Positions 1 through 11,979 of a DNA stretch of 64,000 bases are shown here, piece by piece. Location of the stretch: contig CM059432.1 of assembly GCA_030390025.1 (NCBI GenBank), positions 19,470,001 to 19,534,000 on the forward strand, given 5' to 3'. The notes beneath the pieces were generated by a model. The model saw only the letters and a program-made list of their open reading frames with translations, was not told the DNA's origin and searched no databases. The first letter of the stretch is position 1, and each line of letters opens with the position of its first letter. The DNA comes from Squalus acanthias. Taxonomy: Eukaryota. The translations under genes were made by a program, and so were the position numbers.

Positions 1-1185
1 AAAGGAAGGTGGGGTCAACCTCTGTAAAGACAGTTTGGATATTGGAGTTAATGAAAACTGTCTGGGGAACCGCATGACCTCGCTTGGGATTAAATCGGCC
101 CCTATCAGACATTAACATCCTAACAATAGATCCACGGAAGAGCAGCCCTCACCCAATTTACAGAACCCATCCAAACATGCATAAAACAGATCACTTCTGC
201 CCACTCTTTAGAAATCCCAGGCCCAGTCAAGAAACTCACAACGTGAGAACAATCAACTACACTTAAGCAGCAGATCGACAGGATGGAGCTATCCCTGAAA
301 CCACTTCGCACATTCACAAACAGGTTACTGTTAACGAGCCCTCCAAAATCTTACAATAAACCGGGACTGATTAGGAGGCCCCAATTAGTATAATTGAGGG
401 CCTGTTTTCTCAAGAAGTCAGTTCAGCAGTTACAACAAGTTCTCTACAAGTTCAAGGGTGGAGCAGTTACACAGTTACAACAGAAAGGAGTTCTCGAGTA
501 CAACCGTACACAGTTCAACAGAAACAAGTTCAACAAGCAAACAGCAAGGAGTTCAGCAAGCAGCAAGGAAGCAGCTCTCCAGTACAACCGTTCAGCAGTT
601 ACGTGTCCAGCCAGGAGGTCGACAGCTCGAAAACAAGACCGTTCAACAAAGGAGGCCAACAGCTCCAGAAGTAGGCCGACACGCAAGAAGAGACCAGAGC
701 GACCGCCTCAGTGACCATCGGACACCTCGCGGCAACAAGGGCCTTACGAATCTTTTTACTTAAAAAGACTCTAAACCCTACCTCTGACCAAGGAAAAGTG
801 GGTACTCACCCGATAAATCCAATCCAGCGAACCCCGAAACCGCGAACCAACTCAACTGTCAAGGATTCGTTTGGTGAGCATTATCCCTGGTCCTCTACAG
901 CCCAACTTAGCTAGTAAAGTGGGATTGGGAGGGGTGAGGTATTCTTCTAATGTGATTTCCCTCGTATGTACCGCAGTGTTCCCCATTTTATTAGAGTGTT
1001 AAGATTGTTGTGTTATGTTTTACTCTCTTGAATAAAGATCAAAGTTCTTGCATCAAAACCAGTTGTCTGCTGCACTTTTTGTCACAACCCCCAAATAAGT
1101 CCAAGGTCTAGAACCAAGGGTGTGGGAGCGATTCAAACCGCTCAGAAGTCAGAGGTGAAGCTGGCACACACCGCCACCCCCTACA
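1..1185 (+). mobile_element. probable LTR (solo or 3' LTR) of an LTR retrotransposon/ERV, 5' end outside window
   Basis: Ends ...ccgccaccccctaCA at 1185; TATA-like agtataa ~388, donor-like tggtgagc ~873, AATAAA 1031-1036; degenerate CAG/CAA-rich repeats 417-600. Family not identified. Confidence 0.45.
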
Positions 1186-1751
1186 ACTGCCATCTCACAT
1201 ACGACTGATGTGATTCAACAGTTGTCTGCACTGCAACGGAGCTAAGTGCCACCAGCTGCAGTATCTGCAGAGGCAACGTACACAGGCCACGGGCACAGCA
1301 GAAGCACGTCTTATGAAAGCTTATGATGCTGCTATGGATACTAAACATCACTACCATTGTTAGTGATGGCAGGGGGCAATTATAAAGGTCAGATTCAGAG
1401 CACTCATAGATAACCAGGGTTCTCTGCTTTCAGAGAACAGTGGGCATCAGTTGTGAAAAGTAGATGACCTGTTCCAGTGCCTCATATACACACCCACTTA
1501 GTTGACTAATTTATACATGCACGGCTAATCCTGAAAAAAATCTTCCTTTCACACAAATATAAAATGAAGTAAAATTTCAACGAATTCTAATGTCACAAAA
1601 TATCAAACTAAACTTGAATACTTGTATCACCCATTTTATTTTGGTGTCTGAAATATCCAAAACAGATTGAACAGGAAACTACACGCTGGGAGACATGGCC
1701 AATGATACGGTTACTTGTGTAGAAACGCAACTAGCTTATTGTGTCAACATA

Positions 1752-1995
1752 TCAGCAACAATAAGAGACAACATCACCTGCAGGGTCCCCTCCAAGACAC
1801 AGACCATCCTGACTTGGGCATACATCGTCTTTCCTTCATTGTTGCTGAGTCAAAATCCTGGAATTCCTCACCTAACATCATTGTAGGAGCACCAGCACCA
1901 CAAGGACTGCAGTGGTTCAAGAAGGAGACCCACCATCACCTTCTCAGGATAACTTGGGATGTGCAATCAATGTGGCCGTACCAGTGTCGTCCACA
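1752..1995 (+). mobile_element. 3' end fragment of a CR1/L2-group LINE (family with SLHHRR...SKSWNSLP C-terminus)
   Basis: Translates to HHLQGPLQ..HPDL..SFIVAESKSWNS; homologous to 7376-7825 and 29722-30155. Confidence 0.7.
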
Positions 1996-2824
1996 TTCGG
2001 AGAACAATTTAAAACAAAAATCAAGTCTCAGCAAACAGATTCAACTTTCCAAAAAGAAACTGGCACAAGGCCAGCTCGTTCATACAGCAAGTGGACTATT
2101 TCCATATCACAAATTACTTCACTTGATGTCCTTTAAGTGGAAACAGCAACCATAAAACAACATATTACAATTATTGAAATTACTTTTTAATTCCAGCATA
2201 AACCCAACTTGAGCATGGCTAATTTGTTCATTCACCAGGAATCAAGTGTGCTCAACCATTCGAATTCTTTTGTGGAAAGACTGTACAGTTACAATAATTT
2301 TCCAAGAAATTGCATGATCTCATCAAGGTAATACTTTCAGCGTAATGGCTGTATAATGGGACTGGAATTTTAATGCTTGGGGAAAGATTTGCATTGTTCA
2401 GTATTCATGGTTTTAAGGTCTGACCATGCACTGATATATTCAGAATAAAAACTCAGGCATTATGCATTTTTCACGGATAACTTTATTAGATGCTGAAAAA
2501 GTCATCTTGCTGCATTAAATGAAGAGGAATAAGCCATTGCAGACAATAAATGTATTCCGTATTCATATCTTAACACCATCTACCTGTCTTCTCACTATAT
2601 CTCTCAATGCCTTCTCTCTCTAGATGCACCAGTTACCCGTGGAACCCACTTATACGGTCTGCTCCAGTGATCACTCCTGACAACAAGACTACTCTTTCTT
2701 GTTCTGGCACCCCCTTGAATTCAAACACTTCACCGTAGTGACATTGTAGATTGGCCCATCAGTGTAGGTAGGAATGGTTGTAGGTGGAAAGCATAGGCGG
2801 AATCATACTGTTTACAATAGTACT

Positions 2825-3055
2825 TCAGTTTTCTTGAAGGCTGGGATTTCTCTATGCAGAGGGCGGTGGAAGCAGAGTCTTTGAATATTTTTACGGCAGA
2901 GGTAGATAGATTCTTGGTAAGCAAGGGGGTGAAAAGTTATCGGGGGTAGGCGGGAATGTGGAGAAATCAGATCAGCCATGATCTTATTGAATGGCGGAGC
3001 AGGCCCGAAGGGCCGAATGGCCTACTCTTGCTCCTAATTCGTATGTTCGTATGTT
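2825..3055 (+). mobile_element. CR1 LINE 3' end
   Basis: WDFSMQRAVEAESLNIF-type C-terminus, conserved 3'UTR hairpin (ggagcagg...ggccgaatggcctactc), (gtatgttc)n tail. Confidence 0.85.
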
Positions 3056-3179
3056 AGCGCACTGTTTAGATTTTGTTATGGTTTAATACATTGGTTAACA
3101 TATATTATTGTGCACTTATTTTTGCATCAAATCCTGTGTGTACTTTAATAAAGTTTACTACCTGGTTAATACCTTCATT

Positions 3180-3322
3180 GAATCAAGGCCCCGTCTGCCC
3201 TCTCAGGCGGACGAAAAAGATCCCATGGCACTATCTGAAGAAGAGCAGGGGGGAGTTCTCCCCGGTGTCCTGGCCAATATTTATCCCTCAATCAACAACA
3301 CTAAAACTGATTATCTGGTCAC
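3180..3322 (+). mobile_element. DeuSINE (SacSINE1-like) internal fragment
   Basis: aaagatcccatggcac...ccccggtgtcctggccaatatttatccctcaa, as in the full copy at 27653-28125. Confidence 0.75.
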
Positions 3323-4430
3323 AAGTTTTTACCTGAAGTTTTGACCTCTCTCCAACGCCTCGGGTTAAAGTGGATATTTTTGACGAGCTGGGGTACTGCG
3401 AGCTGAATTAGGATTATGCAGTCTGAGCGTGTGTCGTGTGTCAAATTTCCCAGGCCGCATCAGTACTGCTCCATCAGCTGTACTGAGGGATCTTTTGTCT
3501 TTAGCTTCCAGCAGTTTCTACTTGAAAATTTTTCAAACTTATTTGAAGAAAAGCTGGAAGGCAATTTCTGAAGCTTACCGAGGTAAAATTCAGATTTAGT
3601 GTTTTAAACAGCGCGGCTATGTGTATATTTGTATGTCTATTTGTTAGAGCAAGTAAAAATGATAGTTTTCTGTTTGCACGCTGTTGTAGCCTGAATTTTG
3701 TATTCTATAAACTTTAGAAAGTGAGAGAGAGAAAGAGAAAGGCTGAGGTCAGGGGTCAAGTAGAGACGAGAGAGTGAGAAATACTTAAGGGGAGAAAGAT
3801 GTATTTGTCTTCATTTAATATTGCTTTAATTTTCATAGAACAAAAACATTTGAATTTGGAAGCTAACCAAGTATCTCCCCTGTGTTTTATTGGCAGTTAG
3901 CAAAGGTCATTGCTAATAGCTTACACCTGTGGTACTGAGGTTCAAATTGAGACAGCGCAGTAGAGAAACAAAGAGAAGAATAGAAATAGAGAGAATAGCA
4001 GACAGACAGCTTTTTGGCCTCATTATAAATCGATTTCTTTTTTAAAATTCAAGTTGAAAGCAAACAAAATGTCTTGGGGGGAAACAGATTGGAAGGGAAG
4101 GTAGGAGGATGAGGGGAGGAGGGAGCTTGAGGGTGAAGGGGTGTCTGCCATCTCACCACCTGCCCCTTGGGAGGAGTAATGCGAGAATAGGAGGAGTAAT
4201 GGGCACGTAATGTTGAGGTGAGTGATAGCGGAGCATGGGGAAGGGATAAAGGGGTTGAGCAGATAGATAAGGGAAGAGGTAGTGGTGGTCATGGGAGGGA
4301 GGGTGTGGTAGGAAAGGGAATGGGCAGTGACCAGATTAAGGAGTTAGGGACATGAATGGAACAAGGGATGGGGTCAAGCCCGAGTGATTGAGCGAGGTGA
4401 TAGGAAGGGAGCCACTGAGGGCCGTACATA

Positions 4431-4884
4431 AAAGAAAAGAAAGAAAGACTTGCATTTATATGGCGCCTTTCACGACCACCGGACGTCCCAAAGCGCTTTA
4501 CAGCCAATGAAGTACTTTTTTTAAAAAGTGTAGTCAATGTTGTAATGTAGGGAATGCGGCAGCCAATTAGCGCTCAGCAAGCTCCCACAAATAGCAACAT
4601 CATTAGTTTTAAGTGATGTTGATTGCGGGATAAATATTGGCCAGGACACCGGAGATAACTCCCCTGCTCTTCTTTGAAATAGTGCCATGGGACCTTTTAC
4701 GTCCACCTGAGCTTTGGTTTAACATCTCATCCGAAAGACGGCACCTCCGACAGTGCAGCACTCCCTCAGCACTGCACTGGAGTGTCAGCCTAGATTTTTG
4801 TGCTCAAGTCTCTGGAGTGGGACTTGAACCCACAACCTTCTGACTCAGAGGCGAGGGTGCTACCCACTGAGCCAGGGCTGACAC
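4431..4884 (-). mobile_element. DeuSINE (SacSINE1-like tRNA-derived SINE), near full length
   Basis: Minus strand: tRNA-like head with A box (tggctcagtggg) and B box (ggttcaagtcc), Deu core, L2-like tail ending in (tttc)n. Confidence 0.85.
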
Positions 4885-5384
4885 GTCCCGCAATCCCCAC
4901 TCTAAATGCACGGGGGTGGGGGTGGAAGAGGGAGGTGTAATAACAGCTCCCAGCTTCTGGTGACTCCTTTCCTCAAAACCCTACAACACTATCCCACCAC
5001 CTCCCACATAAAAGGAAAGAAAAAGGCAGACAGAGAGAGAAGCAAAAGAGTTGAAGGGAGAGAAGCGGAAGAGAAGAAAAAGTGAATACCAGAACCGGAG
5101 GAGGAGAGAGAAACAGCAACACAAATACAGCACAGACAGGCAAGACAGAGAAACTATATTCTACAACTTACTTATGCACAATCACATCGGAGATCAACTA
5201 GTAATCTTTCTGCATATACTCCCTGCCAAATTTTCCCATTATAAATTCCTATGTCCATATTTCAAATGGAAACTGCCTCTGTAAACTTGACATACTGTAA
5301 TTACACCTTCCCTTCAATGGAGGCATTGTAGTGTTATCACTGGTAGGAATCATAGAAATTCTTAGCACAGAAGGAGGCCATTCA

Positions 5385-5905
5385 GTGTACAGTTCTAGTC
5401 ATCACATTACAGGAAAGATGTGATTGCACTAGAGAGGGTACAGAGGAGATTTACAAGGATGTTGCCAGGAATGGAGAATTTTAGCTATGAGGAGAGATTG
5501 GATAGGCTGGGGTTGTTTTCTTTGGAACAGAGGAGACTGAGGGGAGATTTAATTGAGGTGCATAAAATTATGAAGGGCCCAGATAGAGTGGATAGGAAGG
5601 ACCTATTTCCCTTAGCAGAGAGGTCAATAACCAGGGGGCATAGATTTAAAGTAATTGGTAGAAGGATTAGAAGGTAATTGAGGAGAAATCTTTTCACCCA
5701 GAGGCTGGTGGGGTCTGGAACTCACTGCCTGAAAGGGTGGTAGAGCCAGAAACCCTCATTGCATTTGATGTGCCGTAACCTACAAGCCTATGGACCAAGA
5801 TCTGGAAACTGGGATTAGGCTGGATAGCTCTTTTTCGGCCGGCACGGACACGATGGGCTGAATGGCCTCCTTCTGTGCCGTAAATTTCTCTGATTCAATG
5901 ATTCT
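5385..5905 (+). mobile_element. CR1 LINE 3' fragment
   Basis: ORF 5420-5677 LERVQRRFTRMLPG...RLGLFSLEQRRLRGDLIEV; CR1 3'UTR and tgattc-type tail. Confidence 0.9.
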
Positions 5906-6018
5906 ATAATTCCCACCAGTGGTGTCACTGCAATGCCTCCATTGAAGGGAGGGTAACAAGTTTGCATAGATGTTTGCATTAGAAATGTGGACATGGGAAT
6001 TTATAATAAGGATATAAA

Positions 6019-7872
6019 AATCATAGAACCATAGAATGGTTACAGCACAGAAGGAGGCCATTTGGCCCGTTGAGCCCAAGCGGCTCTCTGCAAGAGCACT
6101 TCAGCTAGTCCCACTCCCCTGCTCTTTTCCATTAGCCCTGCAATTTTTTTTCCTTCAGGTACTTATCCAATTCCCTTTTGAAAGCCATGATTGAATCTGC
6201 CTCCACCACCCTTTCAGGCAGTGCATTCCAGATCCTAACCACTCGCTGCGTAAAAAAGTTTTTCCTCATGTCGCCTTTGGTTCTTCTGCCAATCACCTTA
6301 AATCTGTGTCCTCTGGTTCTCAACCTTTCCGCCATTGGGAACAGTTTCTCCCTATCTACTCTGTCCAGGCCCCTCATGATTTAGAACACCTCTATCTAAC
6401 CCCAGCTTCTCCAGTCTATCCATGTAACTGAAGTCCCTCATCCCTGGAACCATTCTTGTAAATCTTTTCTGCACCCTCTCTAAGGCCTTCACATCATTCC
6501 TAAAGTGGGGTGCCCAGAATTGGACACAATACTCCAGTTGAGGCCGAACCAGTGTTTTATAAAGGTTCATCATAATTTCCTTACTTTTGTATTCTATGCC
6601 TCTATTTATAAAGCCCAGTATCCCGTATGCTTTTTAAACCACTTTTTCAACCTGCCTTCAACGATTTGTGCACATATACCCCCAGGTCTCTCTGTTTGTG
6701 CACTCTCTTTAGGATTGTACCCTTTAGTTTATATTTCCTCTCCTCGTTCTTCTTACCAAAATGTATCACTTCACACTTTTCTGCATTAAATTTCATCTGC
6801 CATGTATTCGTCCATTTCACCAGCCTGTCTATGTCTTCTTGAAATCTATCCCTATCCTTCTCACTGTTCACTATACTTCCAAGTATTGTTTCATCTGCAG
6901 ATTTTGAAATTGTGCCCTGTACACCCAAGTCCAAGTCATTAATAAATATCAAGAAAAGCAGTAGCCCTAGTACCGACCCCTGGGGAACACCAGTGTATAC
7001 CTTGCTCCAGTCAGAAAAACAACCGTTCACCACTACTCCCTGTTTCCTGTCACTTAGTCAATTTCGTATCCATGCTGCCACTGTCCCTTTTATTCCATGG
7101 GCTTCAACTTTGATGGCAAGCCTATTATGTGGCACTTTATCAAATGCTTTTTGGAAGTCCATGTACACCACATCAAAAGCATTGCTCTCATCAACCCTCT
7201 CTGTTACCTCATCAAAAAACTCGATCAAGTAAGTTAAACACGATTTGCCTTTAACAAATCCGTGCTGGCTTTCCTTAATTAATCCATACTTGTCCAAGCG
7301 ATTGTTAATTTTGTCCCTGATTATCGTTTCTAAAAGTTTTCCAACTACCGAGGTTAAACTGACTGGCCTGTAGTTTTTTAAAATTTGTTTATGGGATGTG
7401 GGCATCGCTGGCAAAGCCAGCATTTATTGCCCATCCCTAATTGCCCTTGAGAAAGTGGTGGTGAGCCGCCTTCTTGAACCGCTGCAGTCCGTGTGGTGAA
7501 GGTACTCTCACAGTGCTGTTAGGTAGGGAGTTCCAGGATTTTTACCCAGCGACGATGAAGGATCGGCAATATACTTCTAAGTCAGGATGGTGTGTGACTT
7601 GGAGGGGAACTTGGAGGTGGTGGTGTTCCCATGCGCCTGCTGCCCTTGTCCTTCTAGGTGGAAGAGGTCGCGGGTTTGCGTGGTGCTGCCGAAGAAGCCT
7701 TGGCGAGTTGTTACAGTGCATATTGTAGATGGTACGCACTGCAGTCACGGTACGCCGGTGGTGGAGGGAGTGGATGTTTAAGGTGGTGGATGGGGTGCCA
7801 ATCAAGCGGGCTGCTTTGTCCTGGATTGTTGCTGGGTTTATCCTTACACTCTTTTTTGAACAAGGGTGTAAA
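6019..7872 (-). mobile_element. CR1 LINE, 5'-truncated RT region, interrupted at 7376-7825
   Basis: ORFs with [46 protein letters not shown], (F)ADET; frameshifted. Confidence 0.92.
7376..7825 (-). mobile_element. CR1/L2-group LINE 3' fragment inserted in CR1
   Basis: ORF 7542-7805 IGTPSTTLNIHSLHHRRTV...SFIVAG; splits the CR1 immediately before NYRPVS. Confidence 0.8.
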
Positions 7873-8537
7873 ATAAGGACAAAATGTATAACTTTAACAT
7901 GGGGACTCAGTTATGTCTGTGCACCCCTATCTAGTTTTAACAGACCAAACACAGATTGGGTGATTGCTTTGCTGAACATCTCAGTTCAGTCAACAAACGT
8001 GACCCTGTGCATTCGATCACTTGTCACTTGAATTCATCCAGTTCCCGCTCTGACCTCTCTGTCCTTGGCCTCCTACATTGTTCCAGTGCAAGCTCGAGAA
8101 ACAGCACCTCATCTTTCTCTTGGGCACTTTGCAGTCTTCCGGCCTTAAAATCGAGTTCAACAACTTTAGATCTTAACCACCGCTTCCATTTTCTAGGACA
8201 GCAGGTGCTGGTAATGGAGGATGGCTGCACCAGAGCTACTGAGAATGGAGGAAATGCGGGCTGATACTTCAGGTGAGAATCCCTTGTCGGTACATAGCCG
8301 ACGGGGTGATCCACATCCCTGGAGTCTACTCACCTTTCTCTGCAACATTCCCAGGCCACGGGATCCTTCTCTTTTGCCATGCTTCCCTGCCCCCTTTGAT
8401 ATTCTGCTGTAAACATTTACGCCTCCTCTGGACTCATCTTCTGTTTCTTTACTTGTCCCATTACCTCCCCCTTTTGCCTTGCACCATCAGCCCTTTTGTC
8501 ATTTTATCACTCCTGCCTATCCCTTTGTTCTTTCCTA

Positions 8538-8962
8538 CCATAGAAACATAGAAAAATAGGAGCAGGAGTAGGCTATTCGGCCCTTCGAGCCTGCTCCGCC
8601 ATTCAATATGATCATGGCTGATCCTCTATCTCAATACCATATTCCCGCTCTCTCCCCATACCCCTTGATGCCTTTTGAGCCTAGAAATCTATCTATCTCC
8701 TTCTTAAGTATATTCAGTGACTTGGCCTCCACAGCCTTCTGTGGTAGAGAATTCCACAGGTTCACCACCCCCTGGGTGAAGAAATTTCTCCTCATCTCAG
8801 TCCTAAATGTCCTACCCCGTATCTTGAGACTGTGACACCTTGTTCTAGAACCCCCAGCCAGGGGAAACATCCTCCCTGCATCCAGTCTGTCTAGCCGTGT
8901 CAGAATTTTATACCTTTCAATGAGATCCCCTCTCATTCTTCTAAACTCCAGTGAATACAGGC
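8538..8962 (-). mobile_element. CR1 LINE 3' fragment
   Basis: ORF 8631-8936 MRGDLIE..RRNFFTQGVVNLWNSLP; (tttctatg)n tail. Confidence 0.9.
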
Positions 8963-8967
8963 CTAGT

Positions 8968-9146
8968 TATTAAATATATTCAAGAATGAGTTAGATATAT
9001 TTCTTAAAGCTAAAGGTATCAAGGAATATGGGGAGAAGGCAGGTACAGGGTACTGAGTTTGGATGATCAGCCATGATCTCATCGAATGGTGGAGCAGGCT
9101 CGAGGGGCCGAATGGCCTACTCCTGCTCCTATCTTCTATGTTTCTA
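8968..9146 (+). mobile_element. CR1 LINE 3' end
   Basis: Near-identical to 31220-31399 and the reverse complement of 42045-42225. Confidence 0.88.
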
Positions 9147-9224
9147 TTAGTCGACCCAATCTCTCCGCCCCACTTTTCCCGGGCTCTGTACTTGTTTAAA
9201 AACTGTTCATCTCTAACACCTTCC

Positions 9225-9261
9225 AGTTCTGATGAAAGGTCGTCGACCTGAAACACTAACT
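9225..9261 (+). ncRNA. minimal type-I hammerhead ribozyme motif (Penelope family B), stem III mutated
   Basis: agtt-CTGATGA-a-aggt cgtcg acct-GAAA-cact-aact. Confidence 0.6.
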
Positions 9262-9542
9262 CTGTTACTCTGTCCACAGATGCTACCTGACCTGCAAAGT
9301 GTTTGCAGAATGTTCTGTTTTTATTTCAGATTTCCAGCATCAGCACGGGCCCCTTGACATATCTCAACAGGCCCGTGCCAGTATTGACACATCCAGAGGA
9401 GCCTCTAGAAATCGTAACACTTTCCTGGGGACCCCCCCAGCCTAACTACTGTAATGATGCGGAGATGCCGGTGTTGGACTGGGGTGGACAAAAGTGAGAA
9501 GTCGCACAACACCAGGTTATAGTCCAACAGCTTTATTTGAAA

Positions 9543-9579
9543 TCACAAGCTTTCGGAGCGCTGCTCCTTCGTCAGGTGA
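9543..9579 (-). ncRNA. minimal type-I hammerhead ribozyme motif (family A), intact core
   Basis: Reverse complement: tcac-CTGACGA-a-ggagc agc gctcc-GAAA-gctt-gtga. Confidence 0.8.
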
Positions 9580-10271
9580 AGTGAAGAAATACATATGGGC
9601 ACAGCATATATAGTCAGAGAACACTGCCAGATGATTACAGTTAATCTTTCTAACTGCCCTTTATCACACCTCGGCAGAGAGACAATCACGGCAATCAAAG
9701 GTGTGGATGGTGTCCAACCAGGTCAGTCAGGAAAACATTACATCAAAGACGATAGCAAAATACAACAAAGACAATGAGGTGGGGTCACAAGGGGTCAAAT
9801 GTAGCAGCTGCTGGGGTCTGTATGGAAAACACATTTTTTTTTAACTTTTTTTTGCTGGAAATTACAGCAGGCCGCATTTGTGTAGAGAGAACAAGCCAGC
9901 GACGACTTGGATCTGGATGACTCTACGTCAGGTGGGGTCGAGTTGTCGCTGGCTTGTTCTCTCTGCACAAATGCGGCCTGCTGTAATTTCCAGCAAAAAA
10001 AGTTAAAAAAAAATTGTTTTCCATACAGACCCCAGCAGCTGCTACATTTGACCCCTTGTGACCCCACCTCATTGTCTTTGTTGTATTTTGCTATCGTCTT
10101 TGATGTAATGTCTTCCTGACTGACCTGGTTGGATTTGATTGCCGTGATTGTCTCTCTGCCGAGGTGTGATAAAGGGCAGTTAGAAAGATTAACTGTAGTC
10201 ATCTGGCATTGTTCTCTGCACAGGCATTGTTCTCTGTCTATATATGCTGTGCCCATTTGTATTTCTTCACT

Positions 10272-10308
10272 TCACCTGACGAAGGAGCAGCGCTCCCAAA
10301 GCTTGTGA
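10272..10308 (+). ncRNA. hammerhead motif (family A) with core mutation GAAA>CAAA
   Basis: tcac-CTGACGA-a-ggagcagcgctcc-cAAA-gctt-gtga. Confidence 0.65.
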
Positions 10309-10372
10309 TTTCAAATAAAGCTGTTGGACTATAACCTGGTGTTGTGCGACTTCTCACTTTTAACTACTGTAA

Positions 10373-11020
10373 AACAGACAATGCTGGAAATGCTCAGCGG
10401 GTCAGGCAGCAGCTGTGGAGAGAGAAACAGAGTTAACGTTTCAGGTCGATGACCCTTCGTCAGAACTGGAAAAATTTAGAGATGTAACAGGTTTTAAGCA
10501 AGTGTAGGGGCAGGAGGAGGGGGGAGGGGAGGAAAAAACAAAAGGTCTGTGATAGGATGGAAGGTGGTAGAGATTAAATGACAAAAGAGATGAATGTGCA
10601 AGGCAAAAGGAGATGGTAATGGGACAAGTTAAGAAACAAAAGATGAGTCTAGAAGAGGTGTAAATGGTGATGGCAGAATCATCAACAGCTGCCATGTGAA
10701 AAAAATAAAGGCAAACGTTTCGGACTGAAATTGTTGAACTCTATGTTCAGTTCAGAAGGCTGTAAATTGTCTAATCGAAAGATGAGGTGCTGTTCCTCGA
10801 GCTTACATTGAGCTTCGTTGGAACAGTGTAAGAGGCCAAGGATAGAGAGGCCAGAGTGGGAGTGGAGCGGAGAATTAAAGTGACAGGCGACCAGAAGGTC
10901 GGGGTCACTCTTACGGACTGAACAGAGGTGTTCCGCAAAGCGGTCACCCAATCTGCGTTTGGTCTCCCCAATGTAGAGGAGACCGCATCGTGAGCAGTGA
11001 ATACAGCATACTAAATTGCA
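10373..11020 (-). mobile_element. Penelope-like element family B, 5'-truncated (GIY-YIG domain + pLTR)
   Basis: ORF 10682-11053 NLVCCIHCSRCGLLYIGETKRRLGDRFAEH...CKLEEQHLIFRL...LNIEF; hammerhead at 10431-10467. Confidence 0.9.
10431..10467 (-). ncRNA. minimal type-I hammerhead ribozyme motif (family B), intact
   Basis: Reverse complement: agtt-CTGACGA-a-gggt catcg acct-GAAA-cgtt-aact, with palindromic aacgtt stem III. Confidence 0.8.
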
Positions 11021-11979
11021 AAAAGTGTTTGCAGTAGTGCTTCTGAAAAACAATGTTGGCTATTTTATATTCGTAAACAGCATCAGAATTAATCTCTTTG
11101 TAAATTAACAAATGCAAATGGCAGAATTTGGATGACCTCGTGGATCTCCAGAATCCCTTTGTAGATGCTCTAGGGTCTGAGGACCTCAGTTTGAAAACCT
11201 ATGCTTTAAAGTAGTGTATCAACAGAGTTGAGGGGGTGGGTGGTAGTCCATGATAGATTAATCATACATGGACTCTGGGTGGAGCAGGCTTGAGAAGCAG
11301 ATGGCCCTTTTTCACTTTTCTCCAGTCTTTGTTATGATCTGATGAGGATCTCACCTGAAAACTTCACCTTGATGTGCCCGCATTTCAGTGTTCCTGCTGC
11401 AAAATCTGAATCTTTTATTTGTTGAGAAGCTGTGTAAGATAAATATGTGAAAAATGCATAAAACATTAAGGGGGCGGGGGGGAAATTCAGTTGGTTAACG
11501 CCTCCAGTTAGCACCTGCCAGGGGCGCTAATGGGGCGCTGATGCAGTAGCGCCAGCATGAGGCAAATCCAGCGACGCATGCCAAATCCGGCCCTACCATA
11601 GCCCTGCCGCTATGAGTTACCACCGGGGACCTCAGTGCCAGGCAGATTGTGACGTCGGTGAGTGTACAACGCTCACTGGGCGCACAATCTGCAAGATTCA
11701 TTGTCACCCCCTGCCTTAGCGCCTCACCCCGACAGTGACAGGGAGGCGAGGCATCAAACAGGTGGATGCCGGCTCCATGGGTGCTATTTAAAGGGATTAT
11801 GAGTAATGAGTCACAGCTGTCATGTTAATACTGTTTCACTGCTACCTTGTCAGTTTGACATTAAATTAAACTGTTGCACAGTCATTTAAAGGTTGTTTAG
11901 TATCAGGAGTGTTGTGGCTACTAACAATTAGTTACATTTATTCTCACAACATATCGAAGTGGTACACTTGGTTACATTA

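Larger units (their letters stand above)
7940..9340 (+). mobile_element. Penelope-like element family B, degenerate 3' part (GIY-YIG remnant + pLTR), interrupted by two CR1 pieces
   Basis: 7956-8170 GDCFAEHL..CHLNSSS.RSDLSVLGLLHCS matches the GIY-YIG C-terminus at 10682-11020; pLTR with hammerhead at 9225-9261. Confidence 0.75.
9455..10360. mobile_element. ORF-less Penelope insertion: two pLTRs in inverted orientation (~900-bp palindrome)
   Basis: ~9490-9906 is the reverse complement of ~9938-10360; TSD taactactgtaa at 9443-9454 and 10361-10372; ends match the pLTR of the intact element. Confidence 0.92.

Noticed and set aside
394..763. Gln/Ser-rich ORFs
   Set aside because: Products of low-complexity CAG/CAA repeats in the LTR-like element
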